A stretch of DNA of 64,000 bases from Calditrichaceae bacterium (GTDB lineage: Bacteria; Calditrichota; Calditrichia; Calditrichales; JBFXGD01): NCBI GenBank assembly GCA_050173015.1, contig JBFXLE010000018.1, positions 1-64,000 on the forward strand, given 5' to 3'. Made by a program: the position numbers and the translations under genes. The first letter of the stretch is position 1. Every line of letters starts with the position of its first letter. This document shows positions 41,772 through 52,631 of this stretch, piece after piece. The notes below the pieces were generated by a model. It made no database searches. It was not told the origin of the DNA and saw only the letters and a list, made by a program, of their open reading frames with translations.

Positions 41772-42917
41772 TCAGCGGGAATACTTTTTAAGAGAGTTTT
41801 CGAATAATTTGAGCAGATAATCCGCCGCCGCGGCCGGTGGAATATTTCCCTCCATTACATCCTCTTCCATTTTTCTCATCACTTTTTCGACTTCAGGATC
41901 ATGAAGGAAGAGATTCTTGAGCTGTTCCTGCACCAAAGAGTTCATCCAGTCCCTTGCCTGCAGACGGCGCCGTTTTCCAAAAACGCCGGAAGCCTTTGTG
42001 ACTTTTCTAAATTCTTCAATCATATCCCAGATTTCAGCGATTCCTCCACCAGTCAACGCCGAACATGTTTGAACTCTTGCTTCCCACCCCTCTGTTGCCG
42101 GTTCCTGATAATGCAGCGCCATGGCAAAATCCTGCTTCGCCGCCTCGGCCCGGGACTTATTGTCGCCGTCAGCCTTATTTATTAAGACGGCATCCGCGAT
42201 CTCCATGACTCCTTTTTTGATCCCCTGGAGCTCATCGCCTGCCCCCGCGATTTGCATCAACAGGAAAAAATCGACCATTGAGCGTACGGTGATTTCACTT
42301 TGACCGATCCCAACGGTTTCAATGAGAAGGACATCATATCCGGCTGCTTCACAAACAAGCATCGTTTCACGTGTTTTTCCGGCCACGCCACCCAAAGTTC
42401 CTCCGGAGGGGGAAGGACGAATAAAACTATTCTGATTCTTTGACAGCTTTTCCATTCTGGTTTTATCCCCCAGAATACTGCCTTTTTTGATGCTGCTGCT
42501 TGGATCTATCGCCAAAACAGCTACCCGGAAACCTTTTTCAATCAGATATATTCCAAGTGATTCGATGAATGTGCTTTTCCCGGAACCGGGGACACCGGAA
42601 ATGCCGATACGAATTGAATTTCCTGTATGGGGAAGTAAGTGTTTTAATACTTCTCTCGCCTGCTCTTTATGGGCTTGCGCGTTACTTTCAACCAGTGTAA
42701 TCGCCCGGCCCAGGATCGTCCTGTCGCCATCAAGAACGCCTTTGACATACTCTTCAGTATTCAGGGATTTACGGGACTGAGTCCCATTCGTGGGTATTGA
42801 ATCCGAATTTCGCGACATTCCGTCATGACCGCCTTCAACACCCCCGACCACGTTTGAAGCAAACGATTCATCGGGATCGGCCGGAGCCCATTCCGGTTTT
42901 TGCTTTTTTGGAGTCAT
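41772..42917 (-). CDS. meaB: Methylmalonyl-CoA mutase-associated GTPase
   Basis: GISGVPGSGKST, AIDPSS…GSILGDKTRM, FIRPSPS, ETVGIGQSE, GDELQGIKKG. Confidence 0.95.
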   Translation of the reverse strand: MTPKKQKPEWAPADPDESFASNVVGGVEGGHDGMSRNSDSIPTNGTQSRKSLNTEEYVKGVLDGDRTILGRAITLVESNAQAHKEQAREVLKHLLPHTGNSIRIGISGVPGSGKSTFIESLGIYLIEKGFRVAVLAIDPSSSIKKGSILGDKTRMEKLSKNQNSFIRPSPSGGTLGGVAGKTRETMLVCEAAGYDVLLIETVGIGQSEITVRSMVDFFLLMQIAGAGDELQGIKKGVMEIADAVLINKADGDNKSRAEAAKQDFAMALHYQEPATEGWEARVQTCSALTGGGIAEIWDMIEEFRKVTKASGVFGKRRRLQARDWMNSLVQEQLKNLFLHDPEVEKVMRKMEEDVMEGNIPPAAAADYLLKLFENSLKKYSR

Positions 42918-43050
42918 TGGCTTTCGCCTTCTATCTCGTTGTAAGATGAAATTATACTTTGATTAATGTAAGATCACTAAAAAAATCCAACAAATCAATC
43001 TTTACGAACCGGAATTTTGATTGAAATGCGCTATTTAACGATATATAAGC

Positions 43051-43077
43051 AAAAAGGCGAACTATAGTCCGCCTTTT
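43051..43077 (-). terminator. Intrinsic terminator after mutB
   Basis: Minus strand AAAAGGCGGAC-TATA-GTTCGCCTTTTT. Confidence 0.75.
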
Positions 43078-43106
43078 ATGAAACCTACATCATATATATG
43101 AGAATT

Positions 43107-45284
43107 TTACCGGATTCTCCTGAATAATTCATCCAGGACTTTTTGCGCGGCAACCGGAACGATCGTTCCGGGGCCGAAAATTGCCGAAGCTCCGTTTTCT
43201 CTCAGAAATTCATAATCCTGGGCAGGAATGACCCCACCCGCGACAACCATGATATCTTCCCGTCCAAGTTTTTTTAATTCAGCCATCAGCTGCGGTAAAA
43301 GGGTTTTATGCCCTCCGGCCAGAGAGCTCATCCCAATTACATGGACGTCATTTTCAATCGCCTGCCGGGCTGTTTCTTCAGGTGTCTGAAACAACGGCCC
43401 GATATCCACATCAAAACCGAGATCGGCAAAGGCGGTGGCAATCACTTTCGCGCCCCGGTCATGACCGTCCTGTCCCATCTTTGCGATCAGTATCCGTGGA
43501 CGCCGGCCCTCAATTTTTTCAAACTCATCTGCTGATTCGCGTACTTTTTTCACATCATCCTCTTCTGAATATTCTTTACTGTAAACACCTGAAATGGATC
43601 GGATTGTCGCTTTGTGCCGGCCGAAAGATTTTTCCATCGCGTCCGAAATTTCACCAAGTGTCGCTCTGGCGCGCGCGGCTTTAATAGAAAGCTCAAGCAG
43701 ATTGCCATCACCTGATTCAGCGCATTTAGCAAGTGAATCAAGCGCTCGCATGGTCTCAGTTTCATCCCTTTCGGATTTCAGCTTCTGAAGTCTCTTAATT
43801 TGCGTTTTACGAACAGCTGTGTTGTCAATTTCGAGTATCTCTATCGGGTCTTCCTTTTCCAAACGATACTTATTAACACCGACAATAGTTTCTCTTCCGG
43901 AGTCGATATGCGCCTGTTTTCTCGCCGCGGCTTCCTCAATTCTCATCTTTGGAATACCCGTTTCAATCGCTTTGGCCATCCCGCCGAGAGATTCGATTTC
44001 ATCGATATGATCAAGAGCTCTCTGCATCAACGCGTCTGTCAGCGCTTCAACATAATACGAACCTCCCCAGGGATCGATCACCCGGCAGATTCCTGTTTCT
44101 TCCTGTAGATATAACTGGGTATTTCTTGCTATCCTCGCAGAAAAATCGGTCGGTAAAGCGATTGCTTCATCCAGGGAATTGGTATGCAGGGATTGTGTAT
44201 GTCCCATCACGGCTGCCATGGCTTCAACGCAGGTACGTATCACATTATTGTACGGATCCTGCTCCGTGAGCGTCCATCCGGATGTTTGGGAATGGGTTCG
44301 AAGGGCCATGGATTTCGGGTCCCTCGGATTAAATTGTTTAATTAATTTCGCCCAGATCAGCCGCGCGGCTCTCATTTTTGCGATTTCCATAAAATAATTC
44401 ATTCCCTGCGCCCAGAAGAATGACAAACGCGGAGCGAACGCATCCACATCGATTCCCGCCTTTATTCCCGTCTTAACATACTCAAGTCCGTCGGCGAGCG
44501 TGTAAGCCATTTCCAGATCCGCTGTAGCGCCGGCCTCCTGCATATGGTATCCCGAAATGCTGATACTGTTGAATTTCGGCATATTCTTCGAAGTAAAAGA
44601 AAAAATATCGGCAATGATCTTCATCGAATGTTCGGGAGGATAAATATAAGTATTCCGGACCATGTATTCCTTCAAAATGTCATTCTGGATCGTACCGGAA
44701 AGCTGATCCATTTTTACACCCTGCTCTTCCGCCGTTACAATATAAAACGCCAGAATAGGAAGCACGGCGCCATTCATAGTCATGGATACCGAGATCTTAT
44801 CAAGGGGGATGCTGTCAAAAAGAATTTTCATATCAAGAATCGAATCAACGGCGACGCCTGCTTTCCCCACATCGCCCATCACTCTGGGATGATCAGAATC
44901 ATACCCGCGGTGTGTGGCGAGATCAAACGCGACAGACAATCCTCTTTGTCCCGCCGCTAAATTTCGCCGGTAAAAAGCATTACTTTCCTCAGCGGTGGAA
45001 AAACCGGCATATTGTCTCACAGTCCATGGACGCATCGCATACATTGTAGCATAAGGGCCTCTCAGAAATGGAGCGATGCCGGCAACATAATCCTTGTGTT
45101 CCAGCGCATTAATGTCATCATGGGAGTAAAGAGGTTTTACGGGAATTTGTTCGTTGGTCTGCCAGATAAGCTCATCGAGGCTTTTACCGGTTTCTTTTTC
45201 AATTTTCCCGCGCCATATTTTTTCATCTGTATCCGCGGCGTCAAACTTAAAATCTATTTTGGTAAAATCAGGCATCCGGCTCAT
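43107..45284 (-). CDS. mutB: Methylmalonyl-CoA mutase, catalytic (large) subunit
   Basis: [31 protein letters not shown]12-binding GQDGHDRG. Confidence 0.97.
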   Translation of the reverse strand: MSRMPDFTKIDFKFDAADTDEKIWRGKIEKETGKSLDELIWQTNEQIPVKPLYSHDDINALEHKDYVAGIAPFLRGPYATMYAMRPWTVRQYAGFSTAEESNAFYRRNLAAGQRGLSVAFDLATHRGYDSDHPRVMGDVGKAGVAVDSILDMKILFDSIPLDKISVSMTMNGAVLPILAFYIVTAEEQGVKMDQLSGTIQNDILKEYMVRNTYIYPPEHSMKIIADIFSFTSKNMPKFNSISISGYHMQEAGATADLEMAYTLADGLEYVKTGIKAGIDVDAFAPRLSFFWAQGMNYFMEIAKMRAARLIWAKLIKQFNPRDPKSMALRTHSQTSGWTLTEQDPYNNVIRTCVEAMAAVMGHTQSLHTNSLDEAIALPTDFSARIARNTQLYLQEETGICRVIDPWGGSYYVEALTDALMQRALDHIDEIESLGGMAKAIETGIPKMRIEEAAARKQAHIDSGRETIVGVNKYRLEKEDPIEILEIDNTAVRKTQIKRLQKLKSERDETETMRALDSLAKCAESGDGNLLELSIKAARARATLGEISDAMEKSFGRHKATIRSISGVYSKEYSEEDDVKKVRESADEFEKIEGRRPRILIAKMGQDGHDRGAKVIATAFADLGFDVDIGPLFQTPEETARQAIENDVHVIGMSSLAGGHKTLLPQLMAELKKLGREDIMVVAGGVIPAQDYEFLRENGASAIFGPGTIVPVAAQKVLDELFRRIR

Positions 45285-47449
45285 TCAATAACTCCTAATT
45301 TTTTCTGTAAGTCCAGCAATATCTCATAGACATTCGAACGAACATGGATGAAGACATCCACTCCGGCTTGCTCATATTGATCTATCTGATCTTTCGGGTA
45401 ACCGGCAAGGACAACAATTTTCCCAGGAGCAGCTGTTTTTATTTTTTTCGTTAGCGGAGGTACAAATTCCGGATATTTTTCATCCGATGAACAAATTACA
45501 ATTACACCGGCCCCTGACTCAAGAGCCATTTCCGCGGCTTCTCCTGATGTTTGATATCCCTGCCTGTTCATTATTCTAAATCCGCCGGTTTCAAAAAATC
45601 CCGCCGCGAAATCGGATCCGGCTTTGTACGAGGAGAGAGCGCCCATATTCGCGAGAAAAACTTTGGGAACCTTTCCTGTAATCTTTTTGTAGTTTTCCAT
45701 ATTCTTTCTGAGTTGTTCAAACATTTCAGCGCCGCGGAATGGTTCAACGGGAATGATTTCAGGAAGTTGATCGTCCCCTTCTCGCAAAGCTGATCGGATC
45801 TCGCCAATGGTCGCGCTGGCAAGAACGGCATCGATCGCGGCATCCATGACTTTTTCAGAAGATGCTTTTTGTATTTCAACAAGTTTTTCAAGAGGGAGTA
45901 TATGTTTTTCCACATCTCCGGTCGTTCTGTATCGGTTAAGATACTCCACTCTTTCATCATATATTATTTGAGCATCGGATATCTTATGTTCCATATTCTT
46001 TTCATTTAGATCCGGATAGACATTTGTCCCAATAATTTTATCTTTCCGGACAGCGATATTTTGAAGACGCCTGTCCGCGATTTCTTTGACCTGATCCTGC
46101 GGGAATCCTTTTTCCAGCGCGGACTGCATTCCTCCCAGCTGTTCTATTTCCTGAAAAAGCTTCCAGGATTTTTCGGCCATCTCTTTTGTAAGGTTTTCTA
46201 TAAAATACGAACCGCCGGCCGGATCGATTATGCGATCCAGGTGACTTTCTTCCATTAGAATAATTTGCGTATTTCTGGCAATCCGGCGAGAAAAATCATC
46301 CGGCTCCCGGAGAAGTTCATCAAAAGCGCCCACATGCATGCTGTCAATTCCGCCGATGATCCCCGCAAACGCTTCCGTGGTGTTCCTCAATATGTTCACA
46401 TACGGATCATGACAAGTTTTATTCGAGGATGAAGTTTCCGCGTGGATATGCATTTTTCCGGAAAGATCATTCCCATCTAGAACTTGAATAATTCTGTTCC
46501 ATACTATACGCGCTGCTCTTAGCTTGGCTATTTCCATGAAAAAATTTGAACCCTGCACAAAATTAAACCGTATCCGGGGCGCAATTTCATCTATAGTAAA
46601 ATTCTTCTCCAGCATCTGCCTGATATACTCAACGGCCGTTCCGACAGCAAAAGCCAGTTCCTGTACCGCGCTGCATCCCCCGTGGCGATACGGGGATGTA
46701 TGGATTCCGATGGTCTGCAAATGAGGAGCGTTCTTGATTGCCCACGCGGTCAGACGCGCCATTTCATCATAAGACATTTTCATAGAAACCGGAAGAATTC
46801 CGTTTTTTGCGAGTTCTCCGAGCGGATCCGTTTGAATGGCTCCGGTAAGAATTTTTGTGGAGACGCCTTTTTTATGAAGAAGGGATGCAAGAAATACCCC
46901 CATCATCATACCCGAAGAATAGGCTTCTATAAATATGGGAGTTGATTTAAAATCTACCCCATTCAGCGCTGTCTCAATATCTTCAAGAGTTGAAAGAGCA
47001 ACGCCGTCCTGACCAACTTTCCCTGATTTGCCGTAATCGGAATCAAGACAGGAAACAGATATTTTGTCCGGAGTCAGATATACAGCCGTTTGCCCCAGTT
47101 TCAGATCCTTTATCAATGAGCGGTTGAAGCGCTCAGGCAATCCATACGGCAGACGTTGCGCAATTTCCCAGCCGTTCATCACAGAGCCATAGGACTCAAT
47201 TGCCCTGTCATATGGCGGGAAGCCGGGAAAATGGTCTTTCACGGTCATCCAGTCAACATCGTTCTTCAGATACAACGGTTTTAATCTGATATCTTCATAG
47301 GTATCTGTCAGCATGATTTTATCGAAAGGCGCGCCTTTAAGCAATTTATCAACCTCCAGGCGCCATTCATCATAGGTAGGTATCGGAAAATCTTCCGACA
47401 GAAATCCAATTCTTCGTTTTGATTTATTAACCTGTTCTTTTGCTCTCAT
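45281..47449 (-). CDS. mutA: Methylmalonyl-CoA mutase small (beta) subunit
   Basis: [42 protein letters not shown]; lacks DxHxxG; 4-nt overlap with mutB. Confidence 0.92.
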   Translation of the reverse strand: MRAKEQVNKSKRRIGFLSEDFPIPTYDEWRLEVDKLLKGAPFDKIMLTDTYEDIRLKPLYLKNDVDWMTVKDHFPGFPPYDRAIESYGSVMNGWEIAQRLPYGLPERFNRSLIKDLKLGQTAVYLTPDKISVSCLDSDYGKSGKVGQDGVALSTLEDIETALNGVDFKSTPIFIEAYSSGMMMGVFLASLLHKKGVSTKILTGAIQTDPLGELAKNGILPVSMKMSYDEMARLTAWAIKNAPHLQTIGIHTSPYRHGGCSAVQELAFAVGTAVEYIRQMLEKNFTIDEIAPRIRFNFVQGSNFFMEIAKLRAARIVWNRIIQVLDGNDLSGKMHIHAETSSSNKTCHDPYVNILRNTTEAFAGIIGGIDSMHVGAFDELLREPDDFSRRIARNTQIILMEESHLDRIIDPAGGSYFIENLTKEMAEKSWKLFQEIEQLGGMQSALEKGFPQDQVKEIADRRLQNIAVRKDKIIGTNVYPDLNEKNMEHKISDAQIIYDERVEYLNRYRTTGDVEKHILPLEKLVEIQKASSEKVMDAAIDAVLASATIGEIRSALREGDDQLPEIIPVEPFRGAEMFEQLRKNMENYKKITGKVPKVFLANMGALSSYKAGSDFAAGFFETGGFRIMNRQGYQTSGEAAEMALESGAGVIVICSSDEKYPEFVPPLTKKIKTAAPGKIVVLAGYPKDQIDQYEQAGVDVFIHVRSNVYEILLDLQKKLGVIE

Positions 47450-47624
47450 GGAATTGCTCCGGTTTTATCTGTCCGCTTCCACTGAAACCCAATTTAAGTC
47501 GAAATTTAGTCCTGAAACAAGAATTTAGGATATAGAAAATATGGGCGCAAAGATTTTTTTTAATATTTTGATATTTTTTTCACATGATTTTAGTGGTCTG
47601 CAATGACTCAAATTTAACTGGGAA

Positions 47625-48140
47625 TTATTTGAGGGATTTAATCTTAATGAGAACCTGACCTTGCTGAACTGTTGTATTTTCCTTGACGGCCACCTCTGTC
47701 ACCAGACAATTATAAGGCGCTTTGATTATATTTTCCATTTTCATCGCTTCCAGAACGAGCAGACCGTCTCCGTTCATAACTTCTTGTCCAGCCTTCACAT
47801 TCACTTTGACGACAAGACCCGGAATCGGCGCTTTGATTACCTGACCGGCAGGGGCGCCCGCGGATTTTTCGACCAATTCTTTTACTTTGCGGACCCGTTC
47901 ATCTTCCACGTGAACATCAAATAAATCTCCGAGAACATGGACGTGATAGCTCTCTTCTTTTTTGATCAAATGAACAAGATATGATTTATTCTCCTTTATC
48001 AGAGAATAGCGGCCGTCACCAAGGGAGACCATATCATATGTAATTTCCGTCCCGTTTTTTATCACAATTTGATCATCATCCTTCAAAAATGACTCAAATT
48101 CAAATTTATTTTTTTGGGTGTCGGCAAATATTTTCATCAT
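47625..48140 (-). CDS. Biotin carboxyl carrier protein (acyl-CoA carboxylase)
   Basis: APIPG…EAMKME biotinylation motif; start set at the ATG overlapping the upstream TGA (ATGA). Confidence 0.9.
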   Translation of the reverse strand: MMKIFADTQKNKFEFESFLKDDDQIVIKNGTEITYDMVSLGDGRYSLIKENKSYLVHLIKKEESYHVHVLGDLFDVHVEDERVRKVKELVEKSAGAPAGQVIKAPIPGLVVKVNVKAGQEVMNGDGLLVLEAMKMENIIKAPYNCLVTEVAVKENTTVQQGQVLIKIKSLK

Positions 48141-49672
48141 TTCCCCAGATTTTTTTTTCTGTTTTTCATTTTCCATGAAGAAACACATTTTGCGGTATGA
48201 TTATTTGATGTCATATTAATACGGCTTTTTTCGTACAGCTGATCCAAAACCGCGGCAAAACTGGCGATCTCAGCTCCGACACTGTCTTCAGATAATAGTT
48301 TTTCTTTATTTTCCTCTATAAATTTTGTTGTAAACTTTCCCTTTTTGAATAAACGGTTCTCAAGAACTCGTATCAGAAATGGAATCGTCGTGTGAATACC
48401 AAGAATTTCATATTCTTTCAGCGCGCGCAGCATCCTGTTTATCGCATGTTCCCGGTTGCTTCCCCAGGCGATCAATTTTGATATCATGGGATCATAATAC
48501 AGCGATATCTCACTTCCCTGCGTAACCCCGCTGTCTTCCCTGATGCCCGGGCCATCGGCGGATTTTAAAAATATGATTTTCCCCGGGGAAGGTGAAAAAT
48601 TATTGGCGGGATCTTCTGCGTAAAGCCGGCATTCTATCGCGTGGCCCCAGAACTTTTTAAGACTGGAGTTTACCGTCATTTTTTTACCGGCGGCAATTCG
48701 GATTTGCTGTTCAACAAGATCCAGACCGCTGACCATCTCAGTAACGGGATGTTCAACCTGTAAACGTGTATTCATTTCCAAAAAATAAAAACACAAATGT
48801 TTATCTACCAGAAACTCTATCGTCCCCGCACTGACATAACCACATGATTTTGCTGCTTTTATCGCTGCTTCACCCATTTTTTCACGAAGCTCTTCAGTGA
48901 GAAGCGACGACGGTGATTCTTCGATCACTTTTTGATGACGACGCTGGATGGAACATTCCCGCTCACCGAGATGAACCACCTTTCCAAATGTATCCGCCAG
49001 TATCTGAAATTCAATATGCCGCGGCTCTTCTACAAATTTTTCAATATAGACTGATTCATCGTTAAAGGCGGATTTTGCTTCCCTTGCAGCCCCTTCAATC
49101 GCTTCAATAATTTGAGAATCGTCCTCAACCAGCCGCATCCCCTTACCGCCACCGCCGGCCGCCGCTTTTATTAGAACGGGATAACCGATTTCTTTAGCTA
49201 TGATTCTCGCCTTTTTTACATCGGTGATGGCATCTTCCGTTCCGGGAACGGTGGGCACTCCGTTGGCAATCATCAATTTTCGCGCTTCGGTCTTGTTCCC
49301 CATGAGACGGATCGCGGACGGTGGCGGTCCGATAAACACTAAACCGGCCTTTTCAACCGCTTCCGCGAATTCAGCGTTTTCTGATAAAAACCCATATCCG
49401 GGGTGAATGGCTTCAGCGCCGCTTGCGATCGCTATTTCAATGATATTCCGCCATTTCAGATAACTTTCCTGGGAGGTTGTGCCTCCAAGAGCATACGCCT
49501 CATCGGCATAATATGTAAAGGGGCTTTTTCGGTCAATATCGGAAAATACGGCAACAGAGGATATTCCCATCTCACGACACGTGCGCATAATTCTCAGGGC
49601 AATTTCACCGCGATTGGCAATCAGAATCTTTTTAAACATAGATTTTCTCATTCTTTTCTGGAGGTTAATCAT
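48137..49672 (-). CDS. accC: Biotin carboxylase subunit of acetyl/propionyl-CoA carboxylase
   Basis: KILIANRGEIA, HPGYGFLSEN, GGGGKGMR, ERECSIQRRHQK, EMNTRLQVEHPVTE; true start probably 49651 or 49639. Confidence 0.94.
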   Translation of the reverse strand: MINLQKRMRKSMFKKILIANRGEIALRIMRTCREMGISSVAVFSDIDRKSPFTYYADEAYALGGTTSQESYLKWRNIIEIAIASGAEAIHPGYGFLSENAEFAEAVEKAGLVFIGPPPSAIRLMGNKTEARKLMIANGVPTVPGTEDAITDVKKARIIAKEIGYPVLIKAAAGGGGKGMRLVEDDSQIIEAIEGAAREAKSAFNDESVYIEKFVEEPRHIEFQILADTFGKVVHLGERECSIQRRHQKVIEESPSSLLTEELREKMGEAAIKAAKSCGYVSAGTIEFLVDKHLCFYFLEMNTRLQVEHPVTEMVSGLDLVEQQIRIAAGKKMTVNSSLKKFWGHAIECRLYAEDPANNFSPSPGKIIFLKSADGPGIREDSGVTQGSEISLYYDPMISKLIAWGSNREHAINRMLRALKEYEILGIHTTIPFLIRVLENRLFKKGKFTTKFIEENKEKLLSEDSVGAEIASFAAVLDQLYEKSRINMTSNNHTAKCVSSWKMKNRKKNLGK

Positions 49673-49838
49673 AAAATATATGTTTTTGGGATATTAAAAG
49701 CAATCACTTTGCTGATCCCATGGATGATTCATTTCTCCCGATTCATCGGATATGGCTTTTCATATGATATGGCCGAACAGATAAATTAACAATTATTTTA
49801 TCATTTTAAGAATGGACTCTAACTTAAAAACGCGTAGT

Positions 49839-49894
49839 TTATCAATTTGAGAAGAACTAATGGCGGTACAGAACAAATTTTATCAATTTGATAA
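49839..49894. promoter_or_regulatory. Two palindromic boxes, candidate enhancer-binding-protein sites
   Basis: TTATCAATTTGAGAA (49839-49853) and perfect palindrome TTATCAATTTGATAA (49880-49894), 41 bp apart, upstream of a sigma54-like element. Confidence 0.55.
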
Positions 49895-49939
49895 TTATTT
49901 GCACAATTTAAAGATATCAAAAATTTATATCTCTTTTAA

Positions 49940-49983
49940 ATTCAACAACTTAGAGAATTTCACATCCTTGGCACACCCTTTGT
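49940..49983 (+). promoter_or_regulatory. IHF-like site plus sigma54 (-24/-12)-like promoter
   Basis: ATTCAACAACTTA (one mismatch to WATCAANNNNTTR) at 49940-49952; TGGCACACCCTTTGT at 49969-49983. Confidence 0.6.
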
Positions 49984-50019
49984 AATCATATTTTCAGCCT
50001 TTAACAAATAGGAGGAAAC

Positions 50020-50634
50020 ATGAAATCTAAGGCATTCATTATATCCCTATCTTTAATTGTATTAGTAGGGTTGGTTACAAGTTGCTCTGAGGCTCCTCAG
50101 ACTTTAATTGACGAAACAAAAGCTGCTTTTGATGCCGCGAATCAGGCCGAGGTAAATCGCTATTTACCGGAACTGTACAATGAGGCACAGAGTAAAATGG
50201 ACTCCGCCATGACTGAAATCGAATCTCAAAATTCGAAATTTTCATTGATGCGCAGTTATTCCAAGGCCACTGCCTTGTTGCAGTCAGCTTCAGAAACAGC
50301 CGGAAAATCGGTTGAAGCGGTAGCATTGAGGAAACAGGAAATTCAAAAGGAAACCGAAACATTGTTTCAGGATTTAGACAATTCAATGAAAGAATCCGGA
50401 ATTTTGATTTCTAAAGCTCCTAAGGGTAAAGAGGGGCGCGCGGCTCTTGAAAGTATTCAAAATGAGCTGAAAATTGTCGAAACGGTTGTTAACGAAGCGA
50501 AATCAGCTCAAAACGGTAATGATTTCCTTACCGCCCGTGATAAAGCCAGAGCAGCGCTGGACAAGGTAAATTCACTAAATGCTGAACTGCAGACCGCGAT
50601 TGCGAAAAAAATGGCGCTTCAGGGGAAAAGGTAA
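50020..50634 (+). CDS. All-helical lipoprotein (DUF4398-like)
   Basis: AGGAGG RBS; lipobox LVTS/C22; Ala/Glu/Lys-rich coiled-coil pattern; ends AKKMALQGKR. Confidence 0.85.
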   Translation: MKSKAFIISLSLIVLVGLVTSCSEAPQTLIDETKAAFDAANQAEVNRYLPELYNEAQSKMDSAMTEIESQNSKFSLMRSYSKATALLQSASETAGKSVEAVALRKQEIQKETETLFQDLDNSMKESGILISKAPKGKEGRAALESIQNELKIVETVVNEAKSAQNGNDFLTARDKARAALDKVNSLNAELQTAIAKKMALQGKR

Positions 50635-50666
50635 TCCTTTTCTTAACAATTTTAATTCATTAACTT

Positions 50667-50707
50667 GCGTTCCGCCGCAGATGTGTACGTGGCGGAACGT
50701 TTTTTTT
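50667..50707 (+). terminator. Intrinsic terminator inside the operon, after the lipoprotein gene
   Basis: GCGTTCCGCC…GGCGGAACGT followed by a T7 tract. Confidence 0.8.
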
Positions 50708-50739
50708 AATTTCCTGAATTTTAACAGATTTACTAAACC

Positions 50740-51888
50740 ATGTTTATTAAAAGAAAATCAAAAAAAAACATATATATCAAGATTATACTGACGGCTGCTG
50801 GAATCTTACTTATAACCCTGTTTATTTTTTTTGCGTTCTATAGAATAAATAAACCACCCGTGAGCGCGTTTATAAAAATGGATACCGCGGTAAATCAGGC
50901 CAGAAAAACCGGATCGGATCGATATACCCCGCTCCATTGGCAAAAATTAATCGCCGACCAGGCAAAAGCAAGGCAATCCTGGGACGCGGAGAATCTTAAA
51001 CCGGTTTTTCTTCGCAATTACAGGGATGCACTGTTAATGGCGGACCAGACTGTTATAGATGCTATCCATCTAACTTTACTGGTGCGCGCGAAGAGCGACT
51101 CCATAAAAAATTCATTAACCATAGGGATTCCATATCTCAAAAATGTCCTCAGCGATTACAAAAATCGGTATTCACATCTGCCTGTTTCAAAAAGTTCCCA
51201 AAATGAAACCATCACCGGTGAGTTGCTGCTTTTGGAAAGCGAATACGCCGCGGAAAGAGGCGATTATATTCTTGCCTCAAAAAAAATGAATCTGGCAGCA
51301 GGAAAAATTGAGAATGCAAAATCAACCATTTCCGGGATAATAACCGAATATCTGGCCGGAATGCCTGTGTGGCAGAAATGGGTCGAAGAAGCTTTGGCAG
51401 AATCAAGAAAAGAAAAGACAACATTAATTGTCATTGAAAAACTTGAGCATTTTTGCACCGTTTATACAGCAGGAAAATTAAGCGACCAATATAAAATTGA
51501 ATTAGGCCCGAACTGGATTGGGCCAAAAAGCTTTAGCGGCGATAAAGCTACCCCGGAAGGAATTTATAGAATAATCAAAAAGAAAATACCGCCGCAGACA
51601 AAATATTATAAAGCGCTTGAATTAAATTATCCCAACGATACGGACCGGCAGCGATTTGAATCAGGGATTAAAAACGGAACCCTTCCGTCGTTCTCTCAAA
51701 TCGGGGGATTGATTGAAATACACGGCGGAGGAGGCCAGGGTTTTAACTGGACAGACGGATGTATCGCCCTGCACAACAGCGACATGGATAGAGTGTATAA
51801 TTCAGTTGAAACAAATGCAAAGGTAATCATTGTTGGATCACTTAAGCTGCAGCATCATCTGCTATTTGATCCATACTTGTCAAAATAA
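50740..51888 (+). CDS. YkuD-family enzyme (YafK/DpaA/Csd6-like) with TM anchor and helical stalk
   Basis: N-terminal TM; GPKSFSGDKATPEGIY, LELNYPN, IEIHGG…WTDGCIAL catalytic His/Cys. Confidence 0.88.
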   Translation: MFIKRKSKKNIYIKIILTAAGILLITLFIFFAFYRINKPPVSAFIKMDTAVNQARKTGSDRYTPLHWQKLIADQAKARQSWDAENLKPVFLRNYRDALLMADQTVIDAIHLTLLVRAKSDSIKNSLTIGIPYLKNVLSDYKNRYSHLPVSKSSQNETITGELLLLESEYAAERGDYILASKKMNLAAGKIENAKSTISGIITEYLAGMPVWQKWVEEALAESRKEKTTLIVIEKLEHFCTVYTAGKLSDQYKIELGPNWIGPKSFSGDKATPEGIYRIIKKKIPPQTKYYKALELNYPNDTDRQRFESGIKNGTLPSFSQIGGLIEIHGGGGQGFNWTDGCIALHNSDMDRVYNSVETNAKVIIVGSLKLQHHLLFDPYLSK

Positions 51889-51898
51889 CTAGTAGTGA

Positions 51899-52630
51899 AT
51901 GTCGAAAATGAAAAATAATATGGATAATACATCACCCGATGCAGAAAACGCCAATGGTGAACATAAAAAAACCGGTCTCACGGGCCGCTCTTTTAAAAGG
52001 GACGGATTTATTTTGGGCCTCTTTCTCTCGATCATCATTATGATCATTTCTCCGGACCTGAGAGAATTTTATTACACCATTTCCAATCGTTTTAACCAAT
52101 CTGTTCCGGCTGAATTATCAGCTAAGGAAGCGATAAAACTAAAAAGAAATATTGAAAACCTTAAGCACCGGTACAACCGGTTAATCCCCTACTCGCCATA
52201 TATGATTGTAAATACATCCGGAAATGAATTTTATCTCAAAAAAGGTCTGAAAGAATTATACAGAGGAGTTTGTTCAACAGGAAGCTACACTTTGCTAAAA
52301 GCCCGGGACGAAAGGCAGTGGATATTTAAAACGCCCAGGGGTATGTTCCGTGTTCAGACCAAACTTGTTGCTCCGGTATGGAAAATGCCCGACTGGGCCT
52401 TTATCGAAGAGGGCCTGCCCGTTCCTCCTCCCAATGCCTCTGAAAGATTTGAATATGGTGTTCTCGGGGACTATGCCCTGTCGTTCGGAAAAGGTTATCT
52501 TGTTCACGGCACTTTGTACAAAAGAATGCTGGGAATGCCTGTGACACACGGCTGTATCAGGCTTGACGACGACGAATTAAAACAAACGTATCAAACACTT
52601 GAATTAGGTTCGAGGATTTTTATATACTGA
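51899..52630 (+). CDS. L,D-transpeptidase (ErfK/YbiS-like) with TM anchor
   Basis: KTPRG, APVWKMP, LGDYALSFG, YLVHGT…VTHGCIRL. Confidence 0.9.
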   Translation: MSKMKNNMDNTSPDAENANGEHKKTGLTGRSFKRDGFILGLFLSIIIMIISPDLREFYYTISNRFNQSVPAELSAKEAIKLKRNIENLKHRYNRLIPYSPYMIVNTSGNEFYLKKGLKELYRGVCSTGSYTLLKARDERQWIFKTPRGMFRVQTKLVAPVWKMPDWAFIEEGLPVPPPNASERFEYGVLGDYALSFGKGYLVHGTLYKRMLGMPVTHGCIRLDDDELKQTYQTLELGSRIFIY

Positions 52631-52631
52631 T

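Noticed and set aside
47450-47624. Possible cobalamin riboswitch upstream of mutA
   Set aside because: AT-rich; I could not find a B12-box or the conserved GGGAA/GCCACTG elements on the coding strand
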